A DNA stretch of 64,000 nt. Source: Gemmatimonadales bacterium. Lineage in GTDB: Bacteria; Gemmatimonadota; Gemmatimonadetes; Gemmatimonadales; GWC2-71-9. The stretch is taken from assembly GCA_039915645.1 (NCBI GenBank), contig JBDSMX010000106.1, forward strand, positions 2,973 through 66,972, read 5' to 3'. How positions within the stretch are numbered: position 1 is the first letter of the stretch; each line of letters opens with the position of its first letter. The translations under genes and the position numbers were made by a program. Of this stretch, positions 38,627 to 50,331 are shown one piece after another. The notes under the pieces were generated by a model that was given only the letters and a program-made list of their open reading frames with translations, was not told the origin of the DNA and did not search any database.

Positions 38627-39252
38627 TGCGTGTCGCCCCAGAAGGACGTCCGTTCATTGCCGTGGCGTGGTTGCTGGCGATCGCGTTCGCCGCCTTCGGT
38701 TGGTGGACCGCGACGGTACTGTGGCTGCCGATCGCGGTGTGGGTCGTGGCGTTCTTCCGGGATCCGGAGCGCACCGGACCGCGCGGCGATCAGTACGTCA
38801 TCGCCCCGGCCGACGGCAAGGTGGTCTCGATCATCCCGATGGATGAGCCCGATGTGATCGGCGGGGCCGCAACGCGCGTCTCCATTTTCATGAACGTGTT
38901 CAACGTGCATGTCAATCGCTATCCCAGCAACGGCACCATCACTTTTCGACGGTATCGCCCGGGGAAGTTCTTCAACGCGGCTGCGGAAAAGGCTGCACTC
39001 GAGAACGAGCAGAGCGATGTCGGTATCACCACGCCACGCGGCCGGGTGCTCGCCCGGCAGATCGCGGGGCTGATCGCGCGCCGGATCATCACCGATGCTG
39101 GCGAGGGCACCGTCGTCCGGCAAGGTGATCGCCTTGGCCTCATCCGTTTCGGTTCGCGTGTGGATGTATTCGTCCCTGCAGGCACCACCATCCTCGTCAA
39201 GGAAGGAGACGTGACCCAGGCCGGCGTCACGGTCATCGCCGAATGGACCTGA
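38626..39252 (+). CDS. psd: Phosphatidylserine decarboxylase proenzyme (short type)
   Basis: 208 aa with N-terminal TM helices and an FGSRVDV self-cleavage motif. TGATG junction with purC. Confidence 0.85.
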   Translation: MRVAPEGRPFIAVAWLLAIAFAAFGWWTATVLWLPIAVWVVAFFRDPERTGPRGDQYVIAPADGKVVSIIPMDEPDVIGGAATRVSIFMNVFNVHVNRYPSNGTITFRRYRPGKFFNAAAEKAALENEQSDVGITTPRGRVLARQIAGLIARRIITDAGEGTVVRQGDRLGLIRFGSRVDVFVPAGTTILVKEGDVTQAGVTVIAEWT

Positions 39253-40085
39253 ACAGCGAAGGACCTGCTCCACGGCATGGCATGCGCCGCGTCGTGATCG
39301 TCGTGCCGAGTGCGTTCACCCTCGGCAACCTCTTCTTCGGTTTCTGGTCGATCGTTGCGGCCAACCATGGCAACTTTCTCTGGGCGGGATGGTTCATCAT
39401 CTTCGCCGGGGTGCTCGACACGCTGGATGGTCGCGTCGCCCGCCTGTCCAACACCGGATCACGATTCGGGGCAGAACTCGATTCGCTTGTGGACGTGATC
39501 TCCTTCGGCGTCGCTCCGGCGTTGCTGATGTATTTCCTCGAATTCAGCAACGCCGGCCGATTCGGCTGGGTGCTCTGCTACCTCTATGTGATGGCAGCCG
39601 CCATCCGGCTGGCGCGCTTCAACGTGATCGCAGCGCAAGGAGGCAAGTCCGGATCGTGGTTCACCGGCCTTCCCTCTCCGGCGGCCGGGATGACACTCGC
39701 CGCGTACTTCTCGTTCTCGCAGACCAACTGGTACAGCCAGTCATTGGCCTACCTCAACCTGCAGAACTTCGGGCTCGCCTTTCTCATGGTGGCGCTCGGT
39801 GTGCTGATGGTGAGCAACGTGAAGTATCCGCGCTGGCCGGCCGCGGGCTTCGGCTCGCCGCAAAAGCTTGCAGGTCTGGCCATCTACCTGGTCATCCTCG
39901 TCTGCGGCCTCACCGTCCCGGCCTACTTCCTCTTCCCGCTCGGCCTGACCTATCTGCTCTTCGGTATGGTCCGGGCGTTCTTCCGCGGGCTGTCCGACCG
40001 GGGTGATCTCCGGGACGGAGGCGACCAGCCACCGATAACGCTTGTCCGTCACGGCCGCTCAGCGCGCCGTCAGGAGAACGAATGA
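39243..40085 (+). CDS. pssA: CDP-diacylglycerol-serine O-phosphatidyltransferase
   Basis: CDP-alcohol phosphatidyltransferase motif [23 protein letters not shown] and multiple TM helices. ATG 39282 is an alternative start. Confidence 0.85.
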   Translation: MDLNSEGPAPRHGMRRVVIVVPSAFTLGNLFFGFWSIVAANHGNFLWAGWFIIFAGVLDTLDGRVARLSNTGSRFGAELDSLVDVISFGVAPALLMYFLEFSNAGRFGWVLCYLYVMAAAIRLARFNVIAAQGGKSGSWFTGLPSPAAGMTLAAYFSFSQTNWYSQSLAYLNLQNFGLAFLMVALGVLMVSNVKYPRWPAAGFGSPQKLAGLAIYLVILVCGLTVPAYFLFPLGLTYLLFGMVRAFFRGLSDRGDLRDGGDQPPITLVRHGRSARRQENE

Positions 40086-40333
40086 ACCAGCGTGTCCATA
40101 TTCGCGTGATCCCCCGTACCGGGCTGCTCGACCCGCAAGGCCAGGCCGTCGAACACGCGCTGGGTGTCCTCGGCTTCTCCGGTGTCACCGACGTGCGCAT
40201 CGGCAAGGCGATCGAGCTGAGCGTCGCGGCCGACACCCCGGCCGGGGCAGAGGCAGTCGCGCGTCGGATGTGCGAGCAACTCCTTGCCAATCCCGTTACC
40301 GAAGACTTCGTGATCGAGGTCGAGGCACGATGA
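40082..40333 (+). CDS. purS: FGAM synthase PurS subunit
   Basis: 83 aa ([19 protein letters not shown]), immediately upstream of purQ and purL. ATGA overlaps on both sides. Confidence 0.9.
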   Translation: MNQRVHIRVIPRTGLLDPQGQAVEHALGVLGFSGVTDVRIGKAIELSVAADTPAGAEAVARRMCEQLLANPVTEDFVIEVEAR

Positions 40334-41031
40334 GTCGTGTCGCCGTCGTCCGCTTTCCGGGAAGCAATTGCGAGACCGAGTCACTCGCCGCGGTGGTGCG
40401 CGCTGGCGGGACGTCGGTCCTGCTCGATTATCGCGAGACCTCGCTGGGTGGCGCCGACGCAGTGATTCTGCCGGGAGGGTTCTCCTACGGCGACTACCTC
40501 CGCTCCGGCGCAATCGCTCGCTTCGCCCCCATCATGCAGGCGATCCAGGCGCACGCAGCTGCCGGTGGCGCGGTCATCGGCATTTGCAACGGCTTCCAGG
40601 TGCTATGCGAGGCGCATCTCCTCCCCGGAGCGCTGTTGCGGAATGCCCAGCAACGCTTCGCGGCAAGGCCTGTGGATGTCCGTATCGAACGCTCCGATAC
40701 CATCTGCACCGCAGACTATCAGGTGGGCGAAGTGATCCGGATTCCCATAGCCCATGGCGAAGGTCGCTATGCTGCCGACGAAGCCACCCTGCAACAGCTC
40801 GAAGCAGACGGCCGCGTGATGCTGCGCTATGTCAGCGTCCCGGGGAGCGATGCCCCGCACAATCCCAATGGCTCCGCTCGCGACATCGCCGGCATCTGCA
40901 ACGCGGCAGGGACGGTGGTCGGCTTCATGCCGCACCCGGAGCGCCTGGCCGAGTCGGCGCTTGGGTCGGACGCAGGGCATCGGTTCTTCACTTCACTTGT
41001 CAGTCGACTCGCCGTCGGAGCCGCCGCGTGA
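40330..41031 (+). CDS. purQ: FGAM synthase glutaminase subunit
   Basis: Start re-assigned to ATG 40330 ([15 protein letters not shown]). Nucleophile GICNGFQ and AHGEGRY. Confidence 0.95.
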   Translation: MSRVAVVRFPGSNCETESLAAVVRAGGTSVLLDYRETSLGGADAVILPGGFSYGDYLRSGAIARFAPIMQAIQAHAAAGGAVIGICNGFQVLCEAHLLPGALLRNAQQRFAARPVDVRIERSDTICTADYQVGEVIRIPIAHGEGRYAADEATLQQLEADGRVMLRYVSVPGSDAPHNPNGSARDIAGICNAAGTVVGFMPHPERLAESALGSDAGHRFFTSLVSRLAVGAAA

Positions 41032-43304
41032 CCGCCGTCATCGCCGCCGAAGCATTCCCGGGTGAGCGCGAGGTCACCGATGCCGTTGTGCGCGAGCACA
41101 AGCTCAACGACATCGAATACGCCGCCATTCTGAAGCTGCTCGGCCGGACACCGACGCTTACGGAGCTGGGCATCTTCTCGGCGCTCTGGTCGGAGCACTG
41201 CTCCTACAAGCACACCAAGCCGATCCTGCGGAAGTTTCCAGTGGATGGCCCGCAGGTCGTGCAGGGTCCCGGCGAGAATGCCGGCGTGCTGCGGCTCCCC
41301 GACGGCTGGGCTGTTGCGTTCAAGATCGAATCGCACAACCATCCGAGTGCCGTCGAGCCCTATCAGGGCGCGGCGACCGGTGTTGGCGGCATCCTCCGCG
41401 ATGTCTTCACGATGGGTGCCCGACCTGTTGCGGTGCTGAACTCGCTCCGCCTCGGCCCACTCGACGATGCCCGCAATCGGTACCTCTTTGCCGGCATCGT
41501 GAAGGGCGTTGGTGACTACGGCAACTGCGTCGGCGTGCCGACCCTCGGCGGCGAGGTCTGCTTCGCACCAGGATACAGCGGCAATCCCCTGGTGAACGCC
41601 ATGGCGGTCGGTCTGCTGCGCGAGACCGACCTGATTACCGCGAAGGCCGAAGGTGTCGGCAACATCCTGCTCGCGGTTGGTGCCAAGACAGGACGCGACG
41701 GAATCCACGGCGCGTCGTTCGCGTCCGAGGACCTGACCGCCGAGAGCGAGAAGCGACGGCCGCAGGTGCAGGTGGGCGACCCGTTCACCGAGAAGCTGTT
41801 GCTCGAAGCTTCGCTCGAGTTGATCACGGGCAATTACATCGTTGCGATCCAGGACATGGGCGCGGCCGGACTCACTTCCTCATCGGCAGAGATGGCGGCG
41901 CGTGGTGGAGTGGGTGTCGAGCTGGACACCAGCAAGGTGCCCACGCGTGAAGCAGGCATGACCCCTTACGAGATCATGCTGTCGGAATCGCAGGAGCGGA
42001 TGCTTGTGGTTGCCGAACCGCACCGGATCGCCGAGATCCAGGCCGTCTGCCAGCGCTGGGAGCTCGATGCCACCCCGGTCGGCCGCGTGACCGATGATGG
42101 CCTCTTCCGGATCATCCACGATGGTCGCACGGTGGCGGCGATTCCGGGACAGGAACTCGTCGATGGTTGCCCGATGTATGCACCTGCCGCGATCGAATCG
42201 TCCGCCGCCGTGGCTCGCCGTGACGCTTCACCCTCGCAGGTGGCGCCGGACCCTGTCTCTGCACTGAAGCTGCTACTGGACGCACCAACCATTGCCAGCA
42301 AGCGGTGGGTGTTCGAGCAGTTCGACAGTACGGTGCGTGCGGGGAGCGCCGTCGTTCCCGGCGGCGATGCTGGTGTGCTCCGTGTGGCCGATACCGATTT
42401 CGGACTCGCGATGACCGTCGACTGCAACGCGCGCTATGTCTTCCTCGATCCGTATGAGGGTGGCAAGGCGGCCGTGGCGGAAGCGGCCCGCAACATCGCC
42501 TGCACCGGCGCCCGCCCACTCGGGATCACCGACTGCCTCAACTTCGGCAATCCGGAGGTGCCGGAAATCTTCTTCCAGTTCACCGAGGCCTGCCGCGGGA
42601 TTTCCGACGCCTGCCGCGCATTCAATACACCGGTGACGGGCGGCAACGTCTCGCTCTACAACCAGAATCCGACCAGCGCGATCGACCCGACGCCAACCAT
42701 CGGCATGGTTGGCGTGCTCGACGACATCACGATGGCGGTGCCGAGTCACTTCTCGCACATCGGCGACGCGATCCTGCTGATCGGACATACGACAGGGCAT
42801 CTCGGCGGCTCGTCCTACTGGGCCGAAGTGCTGGATGCCGTGGTCGGCGCGCCGCCATCGGTGGACCTCTCCGCTGAGCGGGCCCTGCAGGAAATTCTCA
42901 TCGCTGCGGCAACTCGACGCTTGCTGAGGTCGGCCCACGACCTCTCCGATGGTGGCCTCGCGGTCGCACTGGCGGAGTGCTGCATTGGCGGCCCCTGGGC
43001 GACGACCACCTTTGGAGCCGACGCCGACCTGGGGCAGCACGCCGATACTGTTTCGGATGAGGGGTGGCTCTTCGGCGAGGAGGGCGCCAGAGCGCTGGTC
43101 TCCTGCGACCCGTCGCACGTGGCGGCATTGCAGAAGCTCGGCCACGACCTCGGCCTGCCGGTCCACTACCTCGGGCTTGTGGGGGCGGAGCGAGGCACTG
43201 TGACCGTCACGCGGGGAGCTGTCGCGTGGCAGTGGAGCTCAACCGAACTTCGCAGCATTCATCTCGAAGCAATTCCGCGTCGCATGTCGACTGGAGAGGG
43301 CTGA
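41028..43304 (+). CDS. purL: FGAM synthase large subunit (PurL, split type)
   Basis: GTG 41028 lies in a GTGA overlap with purQ. Motifs SEHCSYKH and [18 protein letters not shown]; 758 aa. Confidence 0.95.
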   Translation: MTAVIAAEAFPGEREVTDAVVREHKLNDIEYAAILKLLGRTPTLTELGIFSALWSEHCSYKHTKPILRKFPVDGPQVVQGPGENAGVLRLPDGWAVAFKIESHNHPSAVEPYQGAATGVGGILRDVFTMGARPVAVLNSLRLGPLDDARNRYLFAGIVKGVGDYGNCVGVPTLGGEVCFAPGYSGNPLVNAMAVGLLRETDLITAKAEGVGNILLAVGAKTGRDGIHGASFASEDLTAESEKRRPQVQVGDPFTEKLLLEASLELITGNYIVAIQDMGAAGLTSSSAEMAARGGVGVELDTSKVPTREAGMTPYEIMLSESQERMLVVAEPHRIAEIQAVCQRWELDATPVGRVTDDGLFRIIHDGRTVAAIPGQELVDGCPMYAPAAIESSAAVARRDASPSQVAPDPVSALKLLLDAPTIASKRWVFEQFDSTVRAGSAVVPGGDAGVLRVADTDFGLAMTVDCNARYVFLDPYEGGKAAVAEAARNIACTGARPLGITDCLNFGNPEVPEIFFQFTEACRGISDACRAFNTPVTGGNVSLYNQNPTSAIDPTPTIGMVGVLDDITMAVPSHFSHIGDAILLIGHTTGHLGGSSYWAEVLDAVVGAPPSVDLSAERALQEILIAAATRRLLRSAHDLSDGGLAVALAECCIGGPWATTTFGADADLGQHADTVSDEGWLFGEEGARALVSCDPSHVAALQKLGHDLGLPVHYLGLVGAERGTVTVTRGAVAWQWSSTELRSIHLEAIPRRMSTGEG

Positions 43305-43307
43305 CCC

Positions 43308-44705
43308 ATGTGCGGTGTGATCGGGGTTTCCGGTGTCGTCGATGCAGCACGCGTCACTTATCTCGGCCTTTATGCCTTGCAGCATCGCGGGCAGGAGAGC
43401 GCCGGGATCGTGGCGGTCGACGATACCGGACGCGCCCGGATCCACCGCGCCATGGGACTGGTCTCCGATGCCTTTGACGAACCGTCGCTGACCGGTCTGC
43501 TCGGCGATGTTGCCGTTGGTCACACGCGATATTCCACCGCCGGAAGCACCATCCTCGCCAACGCGCAGCCGTACCTCGTGAACTACCACGGCGGCCCGCT
43601 CTCGGTGGCCCACAACGGCAACCTCGTCAACGCCGTCGAACTGCGGGACGAGCTGGTGCGTCAGGGCGCGATCTTCTCCTCCAACAGTGACACCGAAGTC
43701 CTGATTCACCTGATCGCCCGTTCCGATGCCCCCACGGTCGAGGGGCAGATCCGTGATGCACTCGAACGCGCCGACGGTGCCTACTCGGTGGTGATCGGCG
43801 TCGGGCGTGCGATCTACGCCGCCGTGGATTCGCGCGGCTTCCGTCCACTCTTCGTGGGCCAGCTTGACGAGGGCGTCATCGTGGCCTCCGAGACCTGCGC
43901 CTTCGATCTCGTTGGCGCCACGACGGTGCGCGAGCTCGCGCCGGGCGAGTTCATCCGGATCGAGAATGGCGAGATCGTTGACCTGCATCGGCTCTCCCCT
44001 CGCCGGGTGACTCGCTGCATCTTCGAGCTGGTGTATTTCTCCCGCCCCGATTCCACCATTTTCGGCGAGTCCGTTGATCGCGTCCGTCGGGAGCTGGGTC
44101 GCCAGCTGGCGCGGTTCCATCCGGCGCCTGGTGCCGATGTGGTCTTCTCGGTACCCGACTCCTCCAACGTGATGGCACTCGGCTACTCGGAAGTTTCCGG
44201 CGTCGCGCTGGAGCATGGGCTGATCCGCAACCACTACGTGGGCCGGACCTTCATCAACCCGACGCAGGCTCTCCGGGTCGAGAAGGTGAAGATCAAGTTC
44301 AATCCGGTGCGTGAGGTGATCGCTGGCAATTCCGTTGTGGTGATTGACGATTCGCTCGTGCGCGGTACGACCAGCAAAGGACTCGTGCGAATGATCCGTG
44401 CGGCGGGGGCACGCGAGGTGCACCTCCGACTCGGGTCGCCGCCGATCACCGGCCCGTGCCACTACGGCATCGACACACCCAATCGCGACGAACTGATTGC
44501 GGCCACCCACTCTCACGAAGAGATCCGGCAATATCTCGGCGTGGACACTCTCGGGTACCTCACGCTGGACGAGATGGTCGCTGCTGCAGGAGATCGCAAC
44601 TCCTGGTGCCACGCCTGCTTTTCGGGCGACTATCCCACCGCACCGGTCCAACTGACGCTGGGCAAGTTGCGCGAACCGGCGGTGCCTGCGGTGGCTCCCG
44701 CATGA
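43308..44705 (+). CDS. purF: Amidophosphoribosyltransferase
   Basis: N-terminal MCGVIGV (Cys1 nucleophile), a PRTase motif VVVIDDSLVRGTT and C-terminal Cys residues (WCHACFSGDYP). Confidence 0.95.
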   Translation: MCGVIGVSGVVDAARVTYLGLYALQHRGQESAGIVAVDDTGRARIHRAMGLVSDAFDEPSLTGLLGDVAVGHTRYSTAGSTILANAQPYLVNYHGGPLSVAHNGNLVNAVELRDELVRQGAIFSSNSDTEVLIHLIARSDAPTVEGQIRDALERADGAYSVVIGVGRAIYAAVDSRGFRPLFVGQLDEGVIVASETCAFDLVGATTVRELAPGEFIRIENGEIVDLHRLSPRRVTRCIFELVYFSRPDSTIFGESVDRVRRELGRQLARFHPAPGADVVFSVPDSSNVMALGYSEVSGVALEHGLIRNHYVGRTFINPTQALRVEKVKIKFNPVREVIAGNSVVVIDDSLVRGTTSKGLVRMIRAAGAREVHLRLGSPPITGPCHYGIDTPNRDELIAATHSHEEIRQYLGVDTLGYLTLDEMVAAAGDRNSWCHACFSGDYPTAPVQLTLGKLREPAVPAVAPA

Positions 44706-47371
44706 ACGATCCATTCGTCCAGCAACCCCTGGTTTACTTCTTCGGGAATGGCCGCGCCGAGGGAACCTCCGCGATGAAGGAGATTCTCGGCGGCAAGGGT
44801 GCCGGCCTCGCCGAGATGACCAACCTCGGCATCGCGGTGCCGCCTGGATTCACGATCGCTGCCACACTCTGCCAGACCTATCTCGACGCACGCTCCTTCC
44901 CTCCCCGGCTCCGCGCGCAGGTCGAACAGGCGCTGCAGCATGTCGAGGCGGCCACGGGCAAGGAGTTCGGCGGCGACCAGAATCCGCTGCTCGTCTCGGT
45001 CCGCAGCGGCGCTGCTGTCTCGATGCCCGGGATGATGGAGACGATCCTCAACCTCGGCCTCAACGATCGCACCGTGGAAGGGCTCGCCGCGCGCAGTGGC
45101 AACCCGGCGTTCGCGTGGGATTGCTACCGTCGCTTCGTCCAGATGTACGCCGCGGTCGTGTTCGACCTCCCCAAGGCTCCGCTCGACCGACTGCTCGAGG
45201 AAGCCCGCCATGCGCACGATGTCGCCCGGGAGATCGATCTTCCAGTGGCGGCCCTCAAGGCGCTCGTGGCACGGTTCAAGGCGCATGTCACCGAGTCGAC
45301 TGGCAGGCCGTTCCCTGACGAGCCGATGGAGCAACTCTGGGGTGCCATCGCGGCCGTGTTCGAGAGCTGGAACACGCGCCGCGCCATCGACTATCGCCGG
45401 ATCCACGAGATCCCCGATGCACTGGGCACCGCCGTCAGCGTCGTGGCGATGGTGTACGGCAATCTCGGCGACAATTCCGGGACCGGCGTCGCCTTCTCCC
45501 GCGATCCTTCCACTGGCGAGCGACTGCTCTACGGCGAGTATCTCTCGAATGCGCAGGGCGAGGATGTCGTCTCCGGTGCGCGGACTCCCGAGCCGATCGC
45601 GGTACTGCGCGACCGGATGCCCGCCGTATACCAGGAAATGGATCGGATGGCGCGCACGCTCGAGCGCCATTTCCGCGACGTGCAAGACATGGAGTTCACC
45701 ATCGAGGATGGTCGACTCTTCATGCTGCAGACGCGGCGAGCGCAGCGCTCGGGACCGGCCGCGTTCCGGATTGCCTGCGAGATGGTGGAAGAGGATGCCA
45801 TCTCCGAGGAAGAGGCCGTCGCGCGCATTCCGCCCCAGGCACTGGAACAGCTGCTGCATCCGATGATTGATCCGCGAGCGGCGCTCGATGTGTTGACCAC
45901 TGGCCTGCCGGCCTCGCCAGGCGCGGCCTCCGGGGTCGTCGTGTTCGATGCCGATACAGCGGCCGAGCGCGGCCGCCACGATGAGGCAGTGATTCTCGTG
46001 CGCCGCGAGACGTCGCCCGAGGATTTTCACGGCATGGTCGCCGCGCGCGCCATCCTCACTGCGCGAGGCGGGATGACCTCTCATGCGGCCGTGGTGGCGC
46101 GAGGGATGGGCAAGCCGTGCGTCGCCGGCGCGCAGGAACTCGACGTGGACGAGGCCGCTGGCATCGTGCGAGTCGGCGGACGCGAGTTCCGTGCTGGCGA
46201 CTGGATCACTCTCGATGGCTCCACGGGCACGGTGTATCTCGGCCAGGCCAAGCTGCTCGTCCCCGAAATGAGCGAGTACTACCACCGCCTGATGGGATGG
46301 GCCGACAAGATCCGGCCGATGAAGGTGCGCGTCAACGCCGACACGCCCGCCGACGCCCATCGCGGTCGTGATTTTGGCGCCGAAGGGATCGGGCTCTGTC
46401 GCACCGAACACATGTTCTTCGAGGGCGATCGGCTCATCGCGGTGCGGGAGATGATCCTCGCCGAAGACCGTGCCGAGCGCGACCGCGCGCTGGCGAAACT
46501 GCTGCCGATGCAACGCGGTGATTTCGAGTCGATCTTCCGGGCGATGGAAGGATTCCCGGTCACGATCCGGCTGCTCGACCCGCCGTTGCATGAGTTCCTG
46601 CCGAACGACGAAGCCGAACTCGTCGCGCTCGCCGGTCAACTGCACAAGCCTGTCGACCACGTCCGGCGCGTCGTGGCTTCCCTCCACGAACAGAATCCGA
46701 TGCTCGGCCTGCGCGGATGCCGTCTCGGGATCATCTACCCGGAAATCACCACCATGCAGGCCCGCGCGATTTTCGAGGCCGCGTGCACCGTGGCTGCGCG
46801 CAAGGGTCGCGTGATGCCGGAGGTGATGATCCCGCTGGTGGCGTCGGTGGTGGAATTCCGCCGGCAGGCACTCCTGGTGCGCCAGGTGGCCGAAGAGGTC
46901 TTCCGCGAACGCCAGCTCACGGTGCCCTACCTGCTTGGCACGATGATCGAGTTACCGCGGGCGGCGCTGACCGCGGATGAAATTGCGCGCGAGGCACAGT
47001 TCTTCTCGTTCGGCACCAATGACCTGACCCAGACCACGTGGGGACTGTCGCGGGACGATGCCGGTCGCTTCCTGCCCCATTACGTCGAGTCCGGGATCAT
47101 CGAGAGCGACCCGTTCCAGACACTCGATCAGGCGGGCGTGGGCAAGCTGATCCGGATGGCGTGCGAACTGGGTCGGAAGACGCGTGCCGATCTCAAGCTC
47201 GGCATCTGCGGTGAACATGGCGGCGATCCGAACTCGATCAGCTTCTGCGAGACCCTGAAGATGAACTACGTCTCCTGTTCTCCTTTCCGCGTGCCCATTG
47301 CCCGACTTGCTGCGGCGCAAGCGGCACTCGCAGCTCGCGGCACCGTCGACCGAACCAAGGCCACCGTATGA
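44702..47371 (+). CDS. ppdK: Pyruvate, phosphate dikinase
   Basis: Start re-assigned to ATG 44702 ([15 protein letters not shown]), an ATGA overlap with purF. Phospho-His loop [15 protein letters not shown] and [11 protein letters not shown]; 889 aa. Confidence 0.95.
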   Translation: MNDPFVQQPLVYFFGNGRAEGTSAMKEILGGKGAGLAEMTNLGIAVPPGFTIAATLCQTYLDARSFPPRLRAQVEQALQHVEAATGKEFGGDQNPLLVSVRSGAAVSMPGMMETILNLGLNDRTVEGLAARSGNPAFAWDCYRRFVQMYAAVVFDLPKAPLDRLLEEARHAHDVAREIDLPVAALKALVARFKAHVTESTGRPFPDEPMEQLWGAIAAVFESWNTRRAIDYRRIHEIPDALGTAVSVVAMVYGNLGDNSGTGVAFSRDPSTGERLLYGEYLSNAQGEDVVSGARTPEPIAVLRDRMPAVYQEMDRMARTLERHFRDVQDMEFTIEDGRLFMLQTRRAQRSGPAAFRIACEMVEEDAISEEEAVARIPPQALEQLLHPMIDPRAALDVLTTGLPASPGAASGVVVFDADTAAERGRHDEAVILVRRETSPEDFHGMVAARAILTARGGMTSHAAVVARGMGKPCVAGAQELDVDEAAGIVRVGGREFRAGDWITLDGSTGTVYLGQAKLLVPEMSEYYHRLMGWADKIRPMKVRVNADTPADAHRGRDFGAEGIGLCRTEHMFFEGDRLIAVREMILAEDRAERDRALAKLLPMQRGDFESIFRAMEGFPVTIRLLDPPLHEFLPNDEAELVALAGQLHKPVDHVRRVVASLHEQNPMLGLRGCRLGIIYPEITTMQARAIFEAACTVAARKGRVMPEVMIPLVASVVEFRRQALLVRQVAEEVFRERQLTVPYLLGTMIELPRAALTADEIAREAQFFSFGTNDLTQTTWGLSRDDAGRFLPHYVESGIIESDPFQTLDQAGVGKLIRMACELGRKTRADLKLGICGEHGGDPNSISFCETLKMNYVSCSPFRVPIARLAAAQAALAARGTVDRTKATV

Positions 47372-47862
47372 GCTCTCCGATTGTTGGTGTAGTGATGGGA
47401 AGCGATTCTGACTGGGACGTCATGCAGCACGCTGCGGCACGACTGGTCGAGTTCGGAGTACCCTACGAAGCGCGGGTCGTCTCGGCCCACCGCACGCCCG
47501 ATTTGCTCTTCAGTTATGCCGAAGAGGCGGCGGACCGCGGCCTGCGCGCGATCATCGCCGGGGCCGGTGGCGCTGCCCACCTTCCGGGGATGCTGGCAGC
47601 AAAGACCACCGTGCCGGTGCTGGGCGTGCCGGTTTCGAGCCGCCACCTCAAGGGACTCGACTCCCTGCTCTCGATCGTCCAGATGCCTGCAGGAATCCCG
47701 GTCGCCACCTTCGCCATCGGAGAGGCCGGGGCCAGCAATGCGGCACTCTTTGCCATCGCCATGCTTGCCGGCACCGACACCGGCCTCGCGGCGACCCTGA
47801 CGGCGTATCGCAGTTCGCTTGATGCCAAGGTTCGCGCGCTCGTTCTCCCGGATCCGGCGTGA
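47368..47862 (+). CDS. purE: N5-carboxyaminoimidazole ribonucleotide mutase
   Basis: [15 protein letters not shown] and [13 protein letters not shown] overlap with ppdK. Confidence 0.95.
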   Translation: MSSPIVGVVMGSDSDWDVMQHAAARLVEFGVPYEARVVSAHRTPDLLFSYAEEAADRGLRAIIAGAGGAAHLPGMLAAKTTVPVLGVPVSSRHLKGLDSLLSIVQMPAGIPVATFAIGEAGASNAALFAIAMLAGTDTGLAATLTAYRSSLDAKVRALVLPDPA

Positions 47863-48992
47863 TCCTGCCAGGCGCGACGCTTGGCGTCCTGGGCGGCGGT
47901 CAGCTCGGTCGGATGTTCACCGCAGAAGCCCGCCGGATGGGGTATCGCGTCATCGTGGTCGACCCCGATCCAGATGCTCCCGCCGGTCAGCTCGCCGACC
48001 ATCATATCGCCCGATCGTACACCGACCCCGAGGCACTGAAGGAACTCGCGGAGCAGTGTGCGGCCGTAACCACCGAGTTCGAGAATGTGCCGGCCGATGT
48101 GCTGCGTGCCCTGGCCGCGCACGTTCCGGTGCGCCCTCGTGCCGATGCCGTTGCGACCACGCAGGACCGCGTCGAGGAAAAGCGTTTTCTCAACGGCATC
48201 GGCGTGCCCACCGCTGCGTGGGCGTCGTACCGCAGGGGCGACGCCGCCGATGCGGCCTGGGCAGCAGTGGGCGGACAGAGCGCGATTCTCAAGACCGCCC
48301 GGATGGGATACGACGGGAAGGGTCAGGAGATCATCGTCAGCAGCGATGAGTTGCCTGCGGCATTGGTCCGTCTCGGGAGCGTTCCCTGCATTCTCGAGCG
48401 TCGCGTTGCGCTCGAGCGAGAGATTTCTGTCATGGTCGCGCGTGGCAGCGATGGTAAGGTGGTCACCTGGCCGATCGCCGAGAACGTGCATCGTGCCGGC
48501 ATTCTCCACACCTGCGTCATCCCCGCAAACATCCCGGACGATCTGGCCGATGAGGCACGCGCATTGGCCGAACGGATCGTGACCGAACTCGATTACGTCG
48601 GCGTGATGGGGGTCGAGTGCTTCATCGCCGACGGGGGGCAGCTGCTGGTGAATGAACTCGCCCCACGTCCCCACAACAGTGGCCACTGGACCCTCGACAC
48701 ATCGGTCACGTCGCAATTCGAGCAGCAGGTCCGCGCGTTGACCGGCCTCCCCCTCGGCGCAACCGAGACGATGGCCCCGGTCGCAATGGTCAACCTGTTG
48801 GGCGATTTGTGGCGCACCGGGGAACCGCGTTGGGATCGCGTGCTGTCACTGCCCGGCGTGCGCCTTCACCTGTACGGCAAGAAGTCCGCGCGCGTCGGTC
48901 GCAAGATGGGGCACCTGACCGTGACCGCCGCCACCCCTGCCCTCGCGCTGGCTCGAGCGGAAACTGCGTGGAGTCGGCTCGCACACGAATGA
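47859..48992 (+). CDS. purK: N5-carboxyaminoimidazole ribonucleotide synthase
   Basis: 377-aa ATP-grasp protein ([30 protein letters not shown]). GTGA overlap with purE. Confidence 0.9.
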   Translation: MILPGATLGVLGGGQLGRMFTAEARRMGYRVIVVDPDPDAPAGQLADHHIARSYTDPEALKELAEQCAAVTTEFENVPADVLRALAAHVPVRPRADAVATTQDRVEEKRFLNGIGVPTAAWASYRRGDAADAAWAAVGGQSAILKTARMGYDGKGQEIIVSSDELPAALVRLGSVPCILERRVALEREISVMVARGSDGKVVTWPIAENVHRAGILHTCVIPANIPDDLADEARALAERIVTELDYVGVMGVECFIADGGQLLVNELAPRPHNSGHWTLDTSVTSQFEQQVRALTGLPLGATETMAPVAMVNLLGDLWRTGEPRWDRVLSLPGVRLHLYGKKSARVGRKMGHLTVTAATPALALARAETAWSRLAHE

Positions 48993-48993
48993 G

Positions 48994-50331
48994 CTAGAGT
49001 GCGAGCAGACCTTTGGCCGCCAGCCATGGCAATAGCACGTAGATGGTGAGGTCCCGGATCAGGTAGTAGGCGAAGAACGCTGCCACCACTTTCCAGCCAT
49101 AAGTCTTGCCGAGCCCGCGCAGTCCTGACTGGCGAAAGACCGCCACCACCTCGCGCATCCCGCTGGACGATCCGGCATACCAGAGGGTCGTCCCCCAGAA
49201 CGCCAACGCCATGAGACCTGCGGCGACCAGAAAGGGTCGGCCATTGCCGAAGTGGTCGTAGGTGTAGCCCGCGAGCACTGGCCCCACGACACGCGCGAGA
49301 CTGCCACTGCTCTGGTAGATCCCCATGGTGGCACCGCGGCTCTCGGGCGCCGCGCCGCGCGATGCGAGCGACGACAGCGCGGGATTGGTCACGCCGCTCC
49401 CGAACGCGAGTAGCGCCAAGCCGGAGTAGAGTGGTGCGAGGTGGAGCGACGAGCCCACCAGCAGCAGCGCCACGGCCATCAGAAGCGTGCCGGCGATGAT
49501 CAGGCGAGTCTCCCCCGCCCAGGCAGTGAGCCTGCCGATCAGACCTCCCTGCACGATCACCATCACGATTCCCATCAACGCCAGCAGCCAGCCGGTCCGT
49601 TGGGCGCCGAAGCCGTGTCGCGCCTGCACGAAGAGGGCGAGGGTGACCTCCATCTGGGTGAACGCGATCGTCACCAGGAAGAACAGCACCACGGCGGCGC
49701 GAGTACCTGCGTCGCCGAGCGTGCGCCGGAGGGCGGCGCGGTCGAATCGCCGCTCCTGATGCGCGGCTCGCACGGCGGGGTCAGCAACCGGTTCAGGCAG
49801 CTTGAAGAACGCGAACAGAATGTTCGCCGCGGAAAGCGCGGCCGCAGCGAACATCGGCACGCCATATCCGAATCGCGACAGCACGCCGCCGATGGCCGGC
49901 CCGAAGATGAAACCAAGGCCGAAGGCGGCCCCGATCATTCCCATCCCTCGGGCGCGATCTTTTTCGTCGGTGACATCGGCGATGTAGGCCGTGGCGGTGG
50001 AAATGTTCGCCCCGCAGAGACCCGCAAACGTTCGCCCCACGAAGAGCCAGAGCAGCGACGGAGCCCAACCGAGGACCAGGAGCGAGATCACGCTGCCGGC
50101 CATGCTCGCGAGCAAGACCGGACGACGGCCGATTCGATCCGATAGCCTCCCCCAGACAGGCGCAAAGAAGAACTGCATCACCGAATACGACGTCATCAAC
50201 CAGCCGAGCGTCGTCGCACTGGCACCGTAGGCCTTGGCATAGTAGGGCAGGATCGGAATCACGATCCCGAAGCCCACGAGATCGATGAAGACGACGAGGA
50301 AAATGATCAGCAGCGGACTGCGCTTCTTCAC
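48994..50331 (-). CDS. MFS transporter (drug:H+ antiporter-like, 12 TM)
   Basis: Motif A GRLSDRIGRRP and repeated TM helices. GTG 50331 forms a GTGA overlap with the ptrB stop; the tracked start is 50355. Confidence 0.8.
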   Translation of the reverse strand: MKKRSPLLIIFLVVFIDLVGFGIVIPILPYYAKAYGASATTLGWLMTSYSVMQFFFAPVWGRLSDRIGRRPVLLASMAGSVISLLVLGWAPSLLWLFVGRTFAGLCGANISTATAYIADVTDEKDRARGMGMIGAAFGLGFIFGPAIGGVLSRFGYGVPMFAAAALSAANILFAFFKLPEPVADPAVRAAHQERRFDRAALRRTLGDAGTRAAVVLFFLVTIAFTQMEVTLALFVQARHGFGAQRTGWLLALMGIVMVIVQGGLIGRLTAWAGETRLIIAGTLLMAVALLLVGSSLHLAPLYSGLALLAFGSGVTNPALSSLASRGAAPESRGATMGIYQSSGSLARVVGPVLAGYTYDHFGNGRPFLVAAGLMALAFWGTTLWYAGSSSGMREVVAVFRQSGLRGLGKTYGWKVVAAFFAYYLIRDLTIYVLLPWLAAKGLLAL

